Made by a program: the position numbers and the translations under genes. Under the pieces are notes generated by a model that was not told where the DNA came from, ran no database searches, and saw only the letters and a program-made list of their open reading frames with translations. 51,992 nt of DNA from an uncultured bacterium (lineage in GTDB: Bacteria; Babelota; Babeliae; Babelales; RVW-14): contig CAVXAT010000010.1 of assembly GCA_963759805.1 (NCBI GenBank), positions 1 to 51,992 of the forward strand. Direction: 5' to 3'. Within the stretch, counting starts at the first letter, position 1, and each line of letters begins with the position of its first letter. Below are positions 29,946 to 39,828 of this stretch, one piece after another.

Positions 29946-30464
29946 ATGCAGAATAATGGACAAAGACAGGAACAGGATTTTTATGAGATATATGATTACT
30001 ACTCTCAGCCTTTGCTTGAGAACAAAATAGTTCAAGTTTCACTTTTTTCACTTGCTACAATTATTATTGTGGGTGCGGTTTTTCTTTATGTTTTTTTAAG
30101 GCGGCGCAAGCGACCATTAACCCTATGGGAACAGACGTTGCGTGAGCTTGGAAACCTTAAATTAGATAAATGTGTAAGCAAAAAAGACTTTAAAATTTTT
30201 TATTTTAAACTTACGGAAATTTTTAAAAAATATCTTGAGAAAAGATATGGATGGAACGTAGAAAATAAAACGGATGATGAACTTATAACTCTTTTGGAGA
30301 AACAGAATTTTGATAAGGATCTTCTTGTGCAAATTCAAAAAATATTGGCAGGAGCACTTTGGATAAAATTTGCAAATCAAGAGGCTTTAAAAATTCAAGC
30401 CGAAACTGATCTTAAAACTATTATAAACATTGTGGATCAAACAAAACAGGTCGAAAAAAGTTAA
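29946..30464 (+). CDS. Single-TM protein of the type found in Bat/MoxR operons (DUF4381/BatD-like)
   Basis: TM helix then RRRKR, FY..LT.IFK.YLE.RYG, KT..EL, KFA; follows DUF58. Confidence 0.6.
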   Translation: MQNNGQRQEQDFYEIYDYYSQPLLENKIVQVSLFSLATIIIVGAVFLYVFLRRRKRPLTLWEQTLRELGNLKLDKCVSKKDFKIFYFKLTEIFKKYLEKRYGWNVENKTDDELITLLEKQNFDKDLLVQIQKILAGALWIKFANQEALKIQAETDLKTIINIVDQTKQVEKS

Positions 30465-30469
30465 AAGAG

Positions 30470-31630
30470 ATGATAGACGACGTAAATTTTCAGCACATTT
30501 ATATTCACTGGCCATTTTGCAAAAGTCGTTGCCATTATTGTGATTTTGTCGCTCTAGCGCAACATGAGAGCTTTTTTGAACCCTATCATAAAGCTCTTTG
30601 TAAAGAGATTGAACTGGTTGCCAAGAGCCTGCCCTCGAGACAATCGGTTAAAACGATATTTTTGGGTGGCGGAACCCCAAGTCTTTATCCAACTTATATG
30701 TTGGAGAGTGTGTTTAAAACGCTTGATAAGCATTTTGATTTAAGTAATACACAGGAAGTTACAATTGAAGCCAACCCGACTGATATAACTAAAGAAAAGC
30801 TGTCTGAATGGAAAAGTTTGGGGATTAACAGACTAAGCATGGGGGTTCAGATTCTAGATGATGAAATTCTAAAAAAATTAAATAGGAATCAAACGACGGC
30901 AGATGTTTTTAATGCTATTGATACGGCTACGAAATTTTTTGAAAATATATCTATAGATTTAATCTTGGGGTTGCCCGGCATAACCGAAAAAATATGGCAA
31001 ACAACTTTATCACAAGCTGTTACTTGGCCAATAAATCATATATCAGTCTATTTTTTAACGGTTTATGAAAAGACACCACTTTATTTTAAAGTCCAAAAGG
31101 GTGAATTAACCCTTTGCGATGATGATCAGATGGTTTCTCTTTACGCACAAACTGTTGATTTTCTAGAAAAAAATAATTTTTTTCAGTATGAAATTTCGAA
31201 TTTTGCCAAAATAGCTTGTGAATCGGTTCATAACCGGGCATACTGGGATAGAAAACCTTACTATGGTTTTGGATTGGGGGCTTCTTCTTTTGATGGGCAA
31301 AAAAGATTTACAAATTCCAATAATATAGAAACTTATACTAGCTCGATTATTTCAGAGGCTGAATTGCCAATACGTACGACTGAATGCTTGACGCAGCAAC
31401 AGGTTGTGCTCGAAACCCTTATGCTGAGCCTCCGCCAAAGGAAAGGTTTGGACTTGCATGCTGTGCTATACTTATTAACGGGCACTCAGAAGATAGTTTT
31501 TAAGAAGAACATTGAATTGTTAAAAAATGAATCTTTGTTACAGCAGTATGATGATCGAGTATTTCTACCGTTTAAAGGCATGGTTTTGGAAAATGAGGTT
31601 GTGTTAAAGCTGTCAGAAGGACTCTTTTAA
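30470..31630 (+). CDS. hemW: Radical SAM heme chaperone (HemN-like)
   Basis: YIHWPFCKSRCHYCDF (CxxxCxxC), TIFLGGGTPS, EVTIEANP, YEISNF, HNRAYW (HNxxYW typical of HemW). Confidence 0.88.
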   Translation: MIDDVNFQHIYIHWPFCKSRCHYCDFVALAQHESFFEPYHKALCKEIELVAKSLPSRQSVKTIFLGGGTPSLYPTYMLESVFKTLDKHFDLSNTQEVTIEANPTDITKEKLSEWKSLGINRLSMGVQILDDEILKKLNRNQTTADVFNAIDTATKFFENISIDLILGLPGITEKIWQTTLSQAVTWPINHISVYFLTVYEKTPLYFKVQKGELTLCDDDQMVSLYAQTVDFLEKNNFFQYEISNFAKIACESVHNRAYWDRKPYYGFGLGASSFDGQKRFTNSNNIETYTSSIISEAELPIRTTECLTQQQVVLETLMLSLRQRKGLDLHAVLYLLTGTQKIVFKKNIELLKNESLLQQYDDRVFLPFKGMVLENEVVLKLSEGLF

Positions 31631-31724
31631 GGCCCCAACATTTGAAAAATATGCAGCAATGTGATAGCATGATAATCTTTTACACAAAAAATACGATAAA
31701 TTTTTAAAAACAAGAAGAGGAACT

Positions 31725-32186
31725 ATGGCAAAGCATGTTGGCCCAAAATTACCCGAAGATTTAATAAATTTACTTAAAAAAGAGAAAACAGTTGCAATTC
31801 TTTCGACCTTTTCTGAAAAGGGAATTCCAAATACAACACCTGTTCAATGCATCTATCCCAAAGGGGATGAAAGCCTTTTGTTAACTATTCATAAGGAACA
31901 TAATGGTTACATCAACATGGTATGGCAGAAAAAAGTTATGATCTGTTTTCTGGGAGAAGGTAACACCGCATACAGCATTCTGGGCAGAGCTGGGGTGGTA
32001 AGAGCACCATCACAAGTACATCCGTTAATGAATGTTGTGCGCATAGATATTATTGATATTAAGTGCGATCGTTCGATTTTGACAAAAGTTGAACAAGGAG
32101 TATTATGGAGCTACACATCACCAGAGGCGGAAGAACTAATAAAGAGTTTGTTCCAGGAACTTAAAGAGTTGGCAAAAACGTTGTGA
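31725..32186 (+). CDS. Pyridoxamine 5'-phosphate oxidase-like split-barrel protein
   Basis: AILSTFSEKGIPNTTPV...N....KV.I pattern; RBS GAGGA. Confidence 0.6.
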   Translation: MAKHVGPKLPEDLINLLKKEKTVAILSTFSEKGIPNTTPVQCIYPKGDESLLLTIHKEHNGYINMVWQKKVMICFLGEGNTAYSILGRAGVVRAPSQVHPLMNVVRIDIIDIKCDRSILTKVEQGVLWSYTSPEAEELIKSLFQELKELAKTL

Positions 32187-32230
32187 GTTATCAACTTGGT
32201 AAGTTGTTTTTAGTTTCTTAAAAAATCAAG

Positions 32231-33556
32231 ATGCATATGAAGAAGTTAAAAAGGGAATCGAAGATTGGTTTTTTTGTGATATGTAAATCTAGTAAATTAT
32301 CAAATCTGTTTTTTTTGACTCTTTTTTCATGTACACCAATTTTGTTGCAAGCTGCAATGTCTCCTTCGTCGGATGGTTCCGGCTTAGAAACTGTTCAAAT
32401 TTCTGATGAAAAGGCTGGAGATCAGGGCAATTGGGTTAAAAAGAAAAATTGGTTGCTGAAATCTTATGAGATTAATTCCAATATTTACAAGCTTGCATCT
32501 CAGATTGCTCAAACAAAAAAAATATATCAAAGTAAATATAATGCAATTGATGAGGAATTCGATAAGTTTTATAAAGATCTTGGAATAGAGGAAGGTAAAG
32601 CCAAAGAGTTATTTGATAATATAAGCAGATATCTTGAAAAAAAGAAAACCAAAGAAACCGGAATGCTTGCACCTCAGCCCGAGAAATCTGGGGAAGTGGA
32701 TCAAGACTTTAAGGCAAAGATTGAAGTGTTAGAGAGTCAGATAAAGCATATGGAATCAGACCTCGAGCAGCTAAGACTTGATATGGATGCAATTGCGGAT
32801 CTTGATAAATCATTGACCCTGCGCTTACAAAAAGTCGATGAACAAATAACATCATCTATGACACAGACAGAGGCTGCAAAGACCAAGGTTGAAGATCTGT
32901 GGGATATAATCGACGATAAAAAAGCGCGGGCGATTTATTATGAAGTTTTAAATATTCAAGAAAATTTAAAAGCAATCCTTTCTTATCTCCAAGATGTTTT
33001 GGCCGGTGATTTTGATAAAGTTGTTACTCTTGCAAAAGAGAAAATTGCTTTGGTAACGTCAAATATCAAGAAGCTTGAAGAGAAGGGCTTGATAATAAAA
33101 GATCGATCTCACAGGGTTGAACAGATGAAGCTTGAGGAGATGCGCAAGCTAGAATTGGAATCAGCTCAGGCTAAAAAAGCGGAAGAGTCAAAACCGGTTG
33201 TCAAAGAAGTGCAAAAACTTGGAATTGTTCAAAGAATTTATGCGTCGATGGTAGACGGTATCGCAGAAGGTTATGAATTGATCAAAAAATGTTATAATTT
33301 TGTTCACAATTTGTTTACAGGCAAGTCTATTACAGGCACGCCTGCTACAGGTAAACCTGTGGCGGGAATAGAGCCTGGCTCAAAAGAAATTTCTGGGCAG
33401 CCCTCGTCTTCCTCAGCAGCAGATATTACACAGAAGCAGCCTGACACAACAGTTGCAGGTTCTACCATAACAACGTCCGATACTTCCCCTGCCTCTTCAC
33501 AAAGTACCCCAGCAAGTATGCCTGCACCTGATCAGCTTACTATGCCAATGCCTTAG
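32231..33556 (+). CDS. Secreted coiled-coil protein (paralog family member 1)
   Basis: Signal-like segment ending LLQAA-M, long heptad region, amphipathic helix, Ser/Thr/Pro tail. Confidence 0.7.
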   Translation: MHMKKLKRESKIGFFVICKSSKLSNLFFLTLFSCTPILLQAAMSPSSDGSGLETVQISDEKAGDQGNWVKKKNWLLKSYEINSNIYKLASQIAQTKKIYQSKYNAIDEEFDKFYKDLGIEEGKAKELFDNISRYLEKKKTKETGMLAPQPEKSGEVDQDFKAKIEVLESQIKHMESDLEQLRLDMDAIADLDKSLTLRLQKVDEQITSSMTQTEAAKTKVEDLWDIIDDKKARAIYYEVLNIQENLKAILSYLQDVLAGDFDKVVTLAKEKIALVTSNIKKLEEKGLIIKDRSHRVEQMKLEEMRKLELESAQAKKAEESKPVVKEVQKLGIVQRIYASMVDGIAEGYELIKKCYNFVHNLFTGKSITGTPATGKPVAGIEPGSKEISGQPSSSSAADITQKQPDTTVAGSTITTSDTSPASSQSTPASMPAPDQLTMPMP

Positions 33557-33668
33557 ATTACACAGAATTTTTTTAAAAAATCTCACAGATTGACTTTATC
33601 TTAAAAAAAGTTTTTTAATACTAGTTAGAGATTGCTTTGTAAAAAAAATAAGATAAAGGGAGTTTAGT

Positions 33669-34220
33669 ATGAACAAATTTGCCTGGAGCAGGTTTTTTTT
33701 GTGTAAAGTTTTTATATGCTTGTTTTTTTTGGTAACAGCTCGGTTATTTAGCATGCCGGGAACAGATACCGTGCCGGTCCAACCGGATACATCTGCACAA
33801 CCGGACGCATCTGCACAACCAACCGGAATGCCAACGCAACCGGATGCATCTGCGCAACCAACCGGAATGCCTGGGCCGTCGGCTGACGCGTCTGCACAAA
33901 TGCCCGCACAGCCTCCGGCGGTACCTCAACCGCAGGCTGCTCCTGCAGCCGACGAGGTTAAGCCGGAACAGCTTGGAGAGTTTCAACTTGATGAAAATCA
34001 GCCTGATATCATGAAAGATAAAGACAAAAATATTCGAAATTTGGTAAAAAAGTCAAATGAGTTAAGTAAGCAGATAGCTGCTATTGCAGATAAAATAAAA
34101 GAGATGCGTGATAATGTATTTGATAAATTTTCAGGAATAAATAGCTCTCTTGATGATTTTTACCAGAAGATAGGGTTTGAAAGTGGAAGAGTACGCGAAC
34201 TTTTGAAAGAAGAAAAATAA
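33669..34220 (+). CDS. Secreted coiled-coil protein with QPDASA repeats (paralog family member 2)
   Basis: Signal peptide, Pro/Gln/Ala repeats, C-terminal DDFYQKIGFESG resembling DKFYKDLGIEEG of the 32231 gene. Confidence 0.75.
   Translation: MNKFAWSRFFLCKVFICLFFLVTARLFSMPGTDTVPVQPDTSAQPDASAQPTGMPTQPDASAQPTGMPGPSADASAQMPAQPPAVPQPQAAPAADEVKPEQLGEFQLDENQPDIMKDKDKNIRNLVKKSNELSKQIAAIADKIKEMRDNVFDKFSGINSSLDDFYQKIGFESGRVRELLKEEK
33780..33871 (+). repeat. Nested 18/21-bp coding tandem repeats (QPDASA / QPTGMP)
   Basis: caaccgga(t/c)(a/g)catctgc x3 and caaccaaccggaatgcc x2. Confidence 0.85.
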
Positions 34221-34253
34221 ACGGAACTTTAAGAAAAAAGATTAAGGAGAATC

Positions 34254-35537
34254 ATGCTTTCTATTTTGAAGAGATTTTTTTGTTTAGCACTTTGTCTTAC
34301 TGTATTTACCTCTGCATTTACAGCAGTGGCGCCGGCTGCCCAAAATCCACCTGTTATGCAGGCACCATCATTACCACCGGCATCGGCTACATCAGCCCCA
34401 ACTCCGGCTGTGCCGGTTCCGGCTAGTACCGCACCGGTTAAATCTCCGGCTGCATCGGCCACAACTCCTGCCGTGCCAGCTCCAAGTTCAAATTACGAAA
34501 AAGAATTTAATGAGCTTTATCAAAAATTAAATCAGATAGCAACAATAAAAAAAGAGCTAAAACAGCATTTGAATGAAATTGAGGGAAAATTGGATTCGGC
34601 AAGGCAGTTGGCAATTGAATCTAAAGAAACAAGTTTTAAGATTATTCAGCAATCCCAAACTTCTGATGCAGAAAATTTGGTTGCACAGCTTGATAAAAAT
34701 TTACAGAGTTTAACCGAAACCCAAAAAAAATTGAATAATGTTGATCTTCCAAAATTTGAAGATAATGTTAAAAAAATTCAAGAACTTATGCAACTTATTC
34801 AAACTAAAATGGATGAGCTTGCTTCTAAGGGGCTAAAATTGCAAATCTCTCAGGCTCAGCTTGAATTGCAAAAACAGAAAAGTTTACAAGGCGTTGTCCC
34901 AGCAAAGGGAGAAGCCCCACAAGCAACAGCAACAAAGCCGCAAACAGAAGAAAAAACGTTTACACGAAAAATTTACGATTTTACAGCGGATAGCGTTGCA
35001 ACTGGGATTAGTGCAACAAAAAGAGTTTGGAAAAATTTTAAACAGTGGGTTTACTCCAAGCCTGAAGAGTCTGTTGAGGGAAAAAAAAACTCTAAATCCA
35101 TCGATTTAAGCTCGCAGGCTTCTATCAGAAAAATGATAGATGAGTTGGACAGCATGCTGAAACAGTTCGATGAGATACAAATTTCGATGCTGCAAAAATA
35201 TGCAAATATAAAATCTAAAGCAAAGAATTTGGAAATCGTACTAAAAAGCAATGATGAAATCCGAAAGTATTTTGAAAGACTTGACGAGGAAAATCCTACA
35301 TGGAAAGAGGCTGCCGTAAATGTGTTTAGCTCGGTAATAGACGGTGTTTATGTTATCTGCAAGGCAATCAAAAAGACAGCACATATGTTTTATGATAAAT
35401 TCTTGAAAGGATTTGTTAACGACGTCAAAGCCAAAATTCATGAGCAGGAGAAGCAGGCAGATAAGCCAATAGAGGCTCAATCCAAGGAACCGGTGGCCGC
35501 CGCTCCTGCAATGCAGGAGCCAGCTGTCGCTAAGTGA
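34254..35537 (+). CDS. Secreted coiled-coil protein (paralog family member 3)
   Basis: Signal peptide, Pro/Ala-rich linker, two coiled-coil plus amphipathic-helix modules; RBS AAGGAG. Confidence 0.75.
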   Translation: MLSILKRFFCLALCLTVFTSAFTAVAPAAQNPPVMQAPSLPPASATSAPTPAVPVPASTAPVKSPAASATTPAVPAPSSNYEKEFNELYQKLNQIATIKKELKQHLNEIEGKLDSARQLAIESKETSFKIIQQSQTSDAENLVAQLDKNLQSLTETQKKLNNVDLPKFEDNVKKIQELMQLIQTKMDELASKGLKLQISQAQLELQKQKSLQGVVPAKGEAPQATATKPQTEEKTFTRKIYDFTADSVATGISATKRVWKNFKQWVYSKPEESVEGKKNSKSIDLSSQASIRKMIDELDSMLKQFDEIQISMLQKYANIKSKAKNLEIVLKSNDEIRKYFERLDEENPTWKEAAVNVFSSVIDGVYVICKAIKKTAHMFYDKFLKGFVNDVKAKIHEQEKQADKPIEAQSKEPVAAAPAMQEPAVAK

Positions 35538-35623
35538 AAAAAATGCACTTTCCAATCTCTTTATTTTAGCTTAAACTTAATAGCGTGAGTTATACCGTTC
35601 TATGTAATTAAGGTACCAAACTT

Positions 35624-35715
35624 GCCCGCTCGTGGTGAGTGCCGGCCGATCCTTCGATACAATTTGCTACGCAAATCACTCAGGATGAGCGGCCGGTGTA
35701 TCGAACCATGCGGGC
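35624..35715. repeat. Nested pair of GC-rich palindromic intergenic elements
   Basis: Outer ccgctcgtggtgagtg...tgtatcgaaccatgcgg; inner 35646-35692 reverse-complements to ccgctcatcctgagtg...tgtatcgaaggatcgg. Confidence 0.75.
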
Positions 35716-35754
35716 ATAAAATTGGAGTCTAATATTTTGCCGTAAGGACTTTTT

Positions 35755-37170
35755 ATGGATTTTTGCATTTTCAGAGAGTATGACATCAGAGCAGTTATAG
35801 GCAAAGAGCTTCTAATCGAAGAGACTTATGAGTTAGGGCTTGCTCTCGTAACCTTTTTACAAAGAAAAAATCCTGAAATGCACACAGTTTTAATAGGTCG
35901 AGACGGTCGCTCTCATTCCACGCTAATATTTGAGAATTTTGCAAAAGCAGCCACGGACCTTGGTTTTGATGTTATAGATCTTGGCACCGTTCCTTCTCCT
36001 GTAACTTATTATGCTGTCAAATATTTTAATAACACTTGCGCAATAATGATTACCGCTTCACATAACCCAAAAGAGTACAATGGAATAAAGGTTTGGGGTG
36101 CGTGGGGGGCTCAGATTCAAGAAATTAAGCAGATATTTCAATCAAAAGATTTCTGTGAAAAAAATAATAAACAAACCGGGACAGTTAGCACTGGAACAGT
36201 TAGCAAGTTTAATATTATCGAAAAGTATATAGAATATCTCACAAATCATTTTTCTCATCTCAAAAATTTACCAATAAAAGTTGTGGTTGATTGTGGCAAT
36301 GGCGCTGCCGGAACTGTCGTTCCGGAATTGATCAAAAGAATGAATTGGACCGGCATTAAAACTCTGTTTGAGCAAGTTGATGGTGATTTCCCAAATCATG
36401 AGGCGGATCCAACCGTTCCGGAGAATATGACGTTTGTCGCAGATGATTTAAAAAACTTTGATTTTGAATTTGGAATGGGGCTTGATGGTGATTGTGACCG
36501 GATGTGTTCTATGACCAAATCAGGTGAATTAGTTGGGGGAGATAAGCTGCTGGCAATTTTTGCAAAATCAGTTCTAAAACAGTTTCCCGGTGCAACAGTT
36601 GTATTTGATATAAAAAGTTCAAACTGTTTGGTTGAATCGCTTATTCAAGATGGCGGAGTTCCACTTATCTCAGCATCAGGCCATTCAATTATAAAAGAGG
36701 CAATTATAAAATATGATGCTAAATTAGCCGGAGAGCTTAGCTGCCACTTCTTTTTTAATGACAGATACTTTGGTTATGATGATGGAATTTACGCAATGAT
36801 GCGTCTGATTGAGTGTATATCTCAGTCAGGTAAGACGCTTGATGAACTTGTTAATAACTTACCTCAAAAACAGAATACTCCGGAAATTAAAATTAAATGT
36901 GCCTCTGAAGCCGATAAGTCCAGAATTGTTGAAACTGTCAAAACGGTTTTGGCAGCCAAAAAAGATGTACAATCTATCACGATAGACGGAATTAGAGCCC
37001 AAATGAGTTACGGTTGGGGCTTGCTACGAGCTTCCAACACTCAACCTGTTATCTGTTTACGCTTCGAATCTGATTCAGCGGAGGGGCTTGAGATGATCAA
37101 AAATGACTTCTATGATGCGTTGAAACCGCATTTTGATGCCAAGATGCTAAAATGCAAATTATCGCTTTAA
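35755..37170 (+). CDS. Phosphomannomutase/phosphoglucomutase (AlgC-like)
   Basis: FREYDIR, ITASHNP phosphoserine, DGDCDR metal loop, GELSCH, LRASNTQP. Confidence 0.93.
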   Translation: MDFCIFREYDIRAVIGKELLIEETYELGLALVTFLQRKNPEMHTVLIGRDGRSHSTLIFENFAKAATDLGFDVIDLGTVPSPVTYYAVKYFNNTCAIMITASHNPKEYNGIKVWGAWGAQIQEIKQIFQSKDFCEKNNKQTGTVSTGTVSKFNIIEKYIEYLTNHFSHLKNLPIKVVVDCGNGAAGTVVPELIKRMNWTGIKTLFEQVDGDFPNHEADPTVPENMTFVADDLKNFDFEFGMGLDGDCDRMCSMTKSGELVGGDKLLAIFAKSVLKQFPGATVVFDIKSSNCLVESLIQDGGVPLISASGHSIIKEAIIKYDAKLAGELSCHFFFNDRYFGYDDGIYAMMRLIECISQSGKTLDELVNNLPQKQNTPEIKIKCASEADKSRIVETVKTVLAAKKDVQSITIDGIRAQMSYGWGLLRASNTQPVICLRFESDSAEGLEMIKNDFYDALKPHFDAKMLKCKLSL

Positions 37171-38604
37171 ATCACTTTGCTCAATATTAAATTCTCCATA
37201 TCCGCAGGCGAATAGCAGATCCTGTTTCTTCATTTCTAAATCGATTTTGCTATCAAACCAGGTGCAGTTTGATTTGTCCCAATCGGCTTTTGCGGAATCT
37301 AGATCAACTTTGGAGATTATTCCGAGTTTAAACTGTTCCTTTTTAAGTTGCAGTTCATTTTTTGCTCTAGTTAAATCAAAGTTTTTTGCTTTAAGTTGCG
37401 TTTGAGATTGAATGTATGCAAAATATGCTCTTTCAACATCAAATTTTACAGCCTGCATCGCCTGCTCTTTGTTCAGTATCTCTTTGAGCATTGTTGCATG
37501 GGATAGACTTTCCTGATAATAACTTTGCAACCCGTCGAACAGTGGCCAACTAAAGTTTGCGCTAACAGTTTGGTAGTTTTGTCGCATTTTTGTTGCAACT
37601 ATCTCATTCCTAGGATCTCCAAAGTTCTTCCATGTTCCGCCTGCAAACGAAAAGCCTATTGTTGGCAGCCTGGACCCCCGCGCCAATTTAATATCATCCT
37701 TTGCAATAGCAATTGTTCTATCTGCTATTTTCAGTTCATCTCTATTCTTGATTGCAATATCGTAATAAAATTCAACAGGTTTGGATGACAGGTCTTGATT
37801 GTCGTCTTCCCATACAAGATTTAGTTTTACTTTGTGAAATTTTTTATTTACATATCTGCTGTTGATCTCCTTTACGCCTGTAACTTCAAGATCTACAGGT
37901 TGCCCCATAAAAAATTCAAGTTTTTTTTGAGAAATCATTACATTCTCATAATAATTATCTACTGTGGATAAATTTTGAGCATTATCTGCTGTTGCTTTTA
38001 ACCAGTCGTTTTTATCGACCAGATCTAATTTGTTTGAATGCTCAATTTTCTCATAATCCGAGTCAGTTGATTTTTTAAATGATCTGATAGCCGTATTTTG
38101 TTGCTGTGCTTTCCAACATTCTAGAAATGCCTTTTCAACTTCGTGCCTTATATTTTTTTTGTCTCTTTCATTTTGATATTCAGTTATTTGAGTGACTTTT
38201 TTTGCTCTTTTATACTGTTCAATTGGTCCGGCAAAAGTTAAAACAAGCTGTTGTACCGTAAAATCTATATTCAGGTCTGGATCGCTTTGCCCTCGCGTTT
38301 GAGATAAGTTTCCAGTCATGGACAGGGTTGGAAGATATCCGGAAAGTGCCTGTTTGCTCAGCATCTTACCCTCTTCGATTGCATATCGATACGCCTTTAA
38401 GTCCGGCTTATTTTGATATGCAATTTGTACAGCTTCATCTATGGTCAAAGTTGTTTTTTCAATTAATGGGACCTCTTCAAGATGAATTTCAGATAAATTT
38501 TGTGGTTTTATGCTAGGCAAAATCCTGTCTCTTTTTGCCTGTAAATCAAAGACGTGTAAATTAAAAAAAAGAGTAGATAAAAGCAGCGTGATAAGTATTT
38601 TCAT
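37159..38604 (-). CDS. TolC family outer-membrane efflux protein
   Basis: Signal peptide; LTIDEAVQIA..N.PDL, ..LPTL, ..LPTI, SWPLFDG, ..FKLGIISKVDL repeated architecture. Confidence 0.88.
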   Translation of the reverse strand: MKILITLLLSTLFFNLHVFDLQAKRDRILPSIKPQNLSEIHLEEVPLIEKTTLTIDEAVQIAYQNKPDLKAYRYAIEEGKMLSKQALSGYLPTLSMTGNLSQTRGQSDPDLNIDFTVQQLVLTFAGPIEQYKRAKKVTQITEYQNERDKKNIRHEVEKAFLECWKAQQQNTAIRSFKKSTDSDYEKIEHSNKLDLVDKNDWLKATADNAQNLSTVDNYYENVMISQKKLEFFMGQPVDLEVTGVKEINSRYVNKKFHKVKLNLVWEDDNQDLSSKPVEFYYDIAIKNRDELKIADRTIAIAKDDIKLARGSRLPTIGFSFAGGTWKNFGDPRNEIVATKMRQNYQTVSANFSWPLFDGLQSYYQESLSHATMLKEILNKEQAMQAVKFDVERAYFAYIQSQTQLKAKNFDLTRAKNELQLKKEQFKLGIISKVDLDSAKADWDKSNCTWFDSKIDLEMKKQDLLFACGYGEFNIEQSDLKR

Positions 38605-38632
38605 AACGGCTCCTAATTAAATTATTTGGTTT

Positions 38633-39751
38633 TTATTTTTTTAAAATATTTAGAACTTGTTCAAGTAGTACATTTGGTTTTAGTTTATACATATTGCTTT
38701 GATAAGATGTAGATTTTTGAAAATTCGATTCATTCGTGCTGTTATCAGCCTGAAAGCCCGTTTGTGTAAGATCGTCAGTTTGAATTGCATTTTTGATATT
38801 TATGTCCTTGAGGAATGGGCCCTGAAGTTCTTTTCTTGTGGGTCCGAAAATTCCTATGGTTGTTGTATCCAAAAAATCGGCAAGATGTAGTAATCCTGTG
38901 TCCGGAGCAATTAATAAATCTGCTTTTGAGATAAGATAGGCTGTTGCATTCAGGTTCCACGCCGGAACAATTAATATGGGTAACGCTTTTTTCTGGCAGA
39001 GTTGTGCAATGTTATCTGCCGCTTGCCCAAACTGTTGCCCCACGAGTAGTATTTTTTTGTCATCCTGCCTGTCGGCCATCTCTATAAACTCGACCCAAAA
39101 CTCTTCCGGCCAGTGTTTTGACTTTTTGGTTGTGTTTGGACATAGTAAGATAAAATTACCTATACCAGGCGAGCCTGTAATTTGGTTTGCTGCTAGCCAT
39201 TGGTCAACGGCTTGCATCTCAGTTTCGCCAAATTTAAATTCAAAAGTTTTTTTTAGCTCGAGAATGGAGGGGCATAAATTTTGTGCAGTGTGCAACACTT
39301 GCACTGCATGACTTGTAAGAGCCAGATTTTTCTGGATTATATTTTTAAATTCAACATCCACATGAAAATCTGTAAACCAAGTGCTAAACTTTGAACGTGC
39401 AAGCTGTGAGGAAAATCCAAATTTTTTGCCTTTTAGAAATGCTATTATCGCACATGTTTTATGAATGCCTTGAAAATCAAGAATGGCATCCCATTCGGTT
39501 TTTCGTAAATCTTTTATTACTTTACATGAGGTGAGCCAGTTTTGGGGGTGCAAGAATTTGTCCGGAAGTACAAAAACATTATCAAGAAATGGCTGATTTA
39601 ATAATAAATCAGCCGCCTTTTTTTGGACAACCCAACTAATTTTTGCATCCGGAAAGCATTTTTTTAAATAAAATATTGCAGGAAGGGTGTGTATTACATC
39701 GCCAATGGCAGAAACTTTTAAAATTAATATATTCATACTGCTGCATTTCAT
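38633..39751 (-). CDS. Glycosyltransferase family 9 (LPS heptosyltransferase-like)
   Basis: ILILKVSAIGDVIHTLPA, DFQG, KHWP, DTGLLHLA, GIFGPT. Confidence 0.9.
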   Translation of the reverse strand: MKCSSMNILILKVSAIGDVIHTLPAIFYLKKCFPDAKISWVVQKKAADLLLNQPFLDNVFVLPDKFLHPQNWLTSCKVIKDLRKTEWDAILDFQGIHKTCAIIAFLKGKKFGFSSQLARSKFSTWFTDFHVDVEFKNIIQKNLALTSHAVQVLHTAQNLCPSILELKKTFEFKFGETEMQAVDQWLAANQITGSPGIGNFILLCPNTTKKSKHWPEEFWVEFIEMADRQDDKKILLVGQQFGQAADNIAQLCQKKALPILIVPAWNLNATAYLISKADLLIAPDTGLLHLADFLDTTTIGIFGPTRKELQGPFLKDINIKNAIQTDDLTQTGFQADNSTNESNFQKSTSYQSNMYKLKPNVLLEQVLNILKK

Positions 39752-39828
39752 TGAAAAATTATCTAAAATATATCTTTATAGATTTATTTTACAGTATTTT
39801 TATGTGAGTAGAAGTAAAAAATTTAAAA

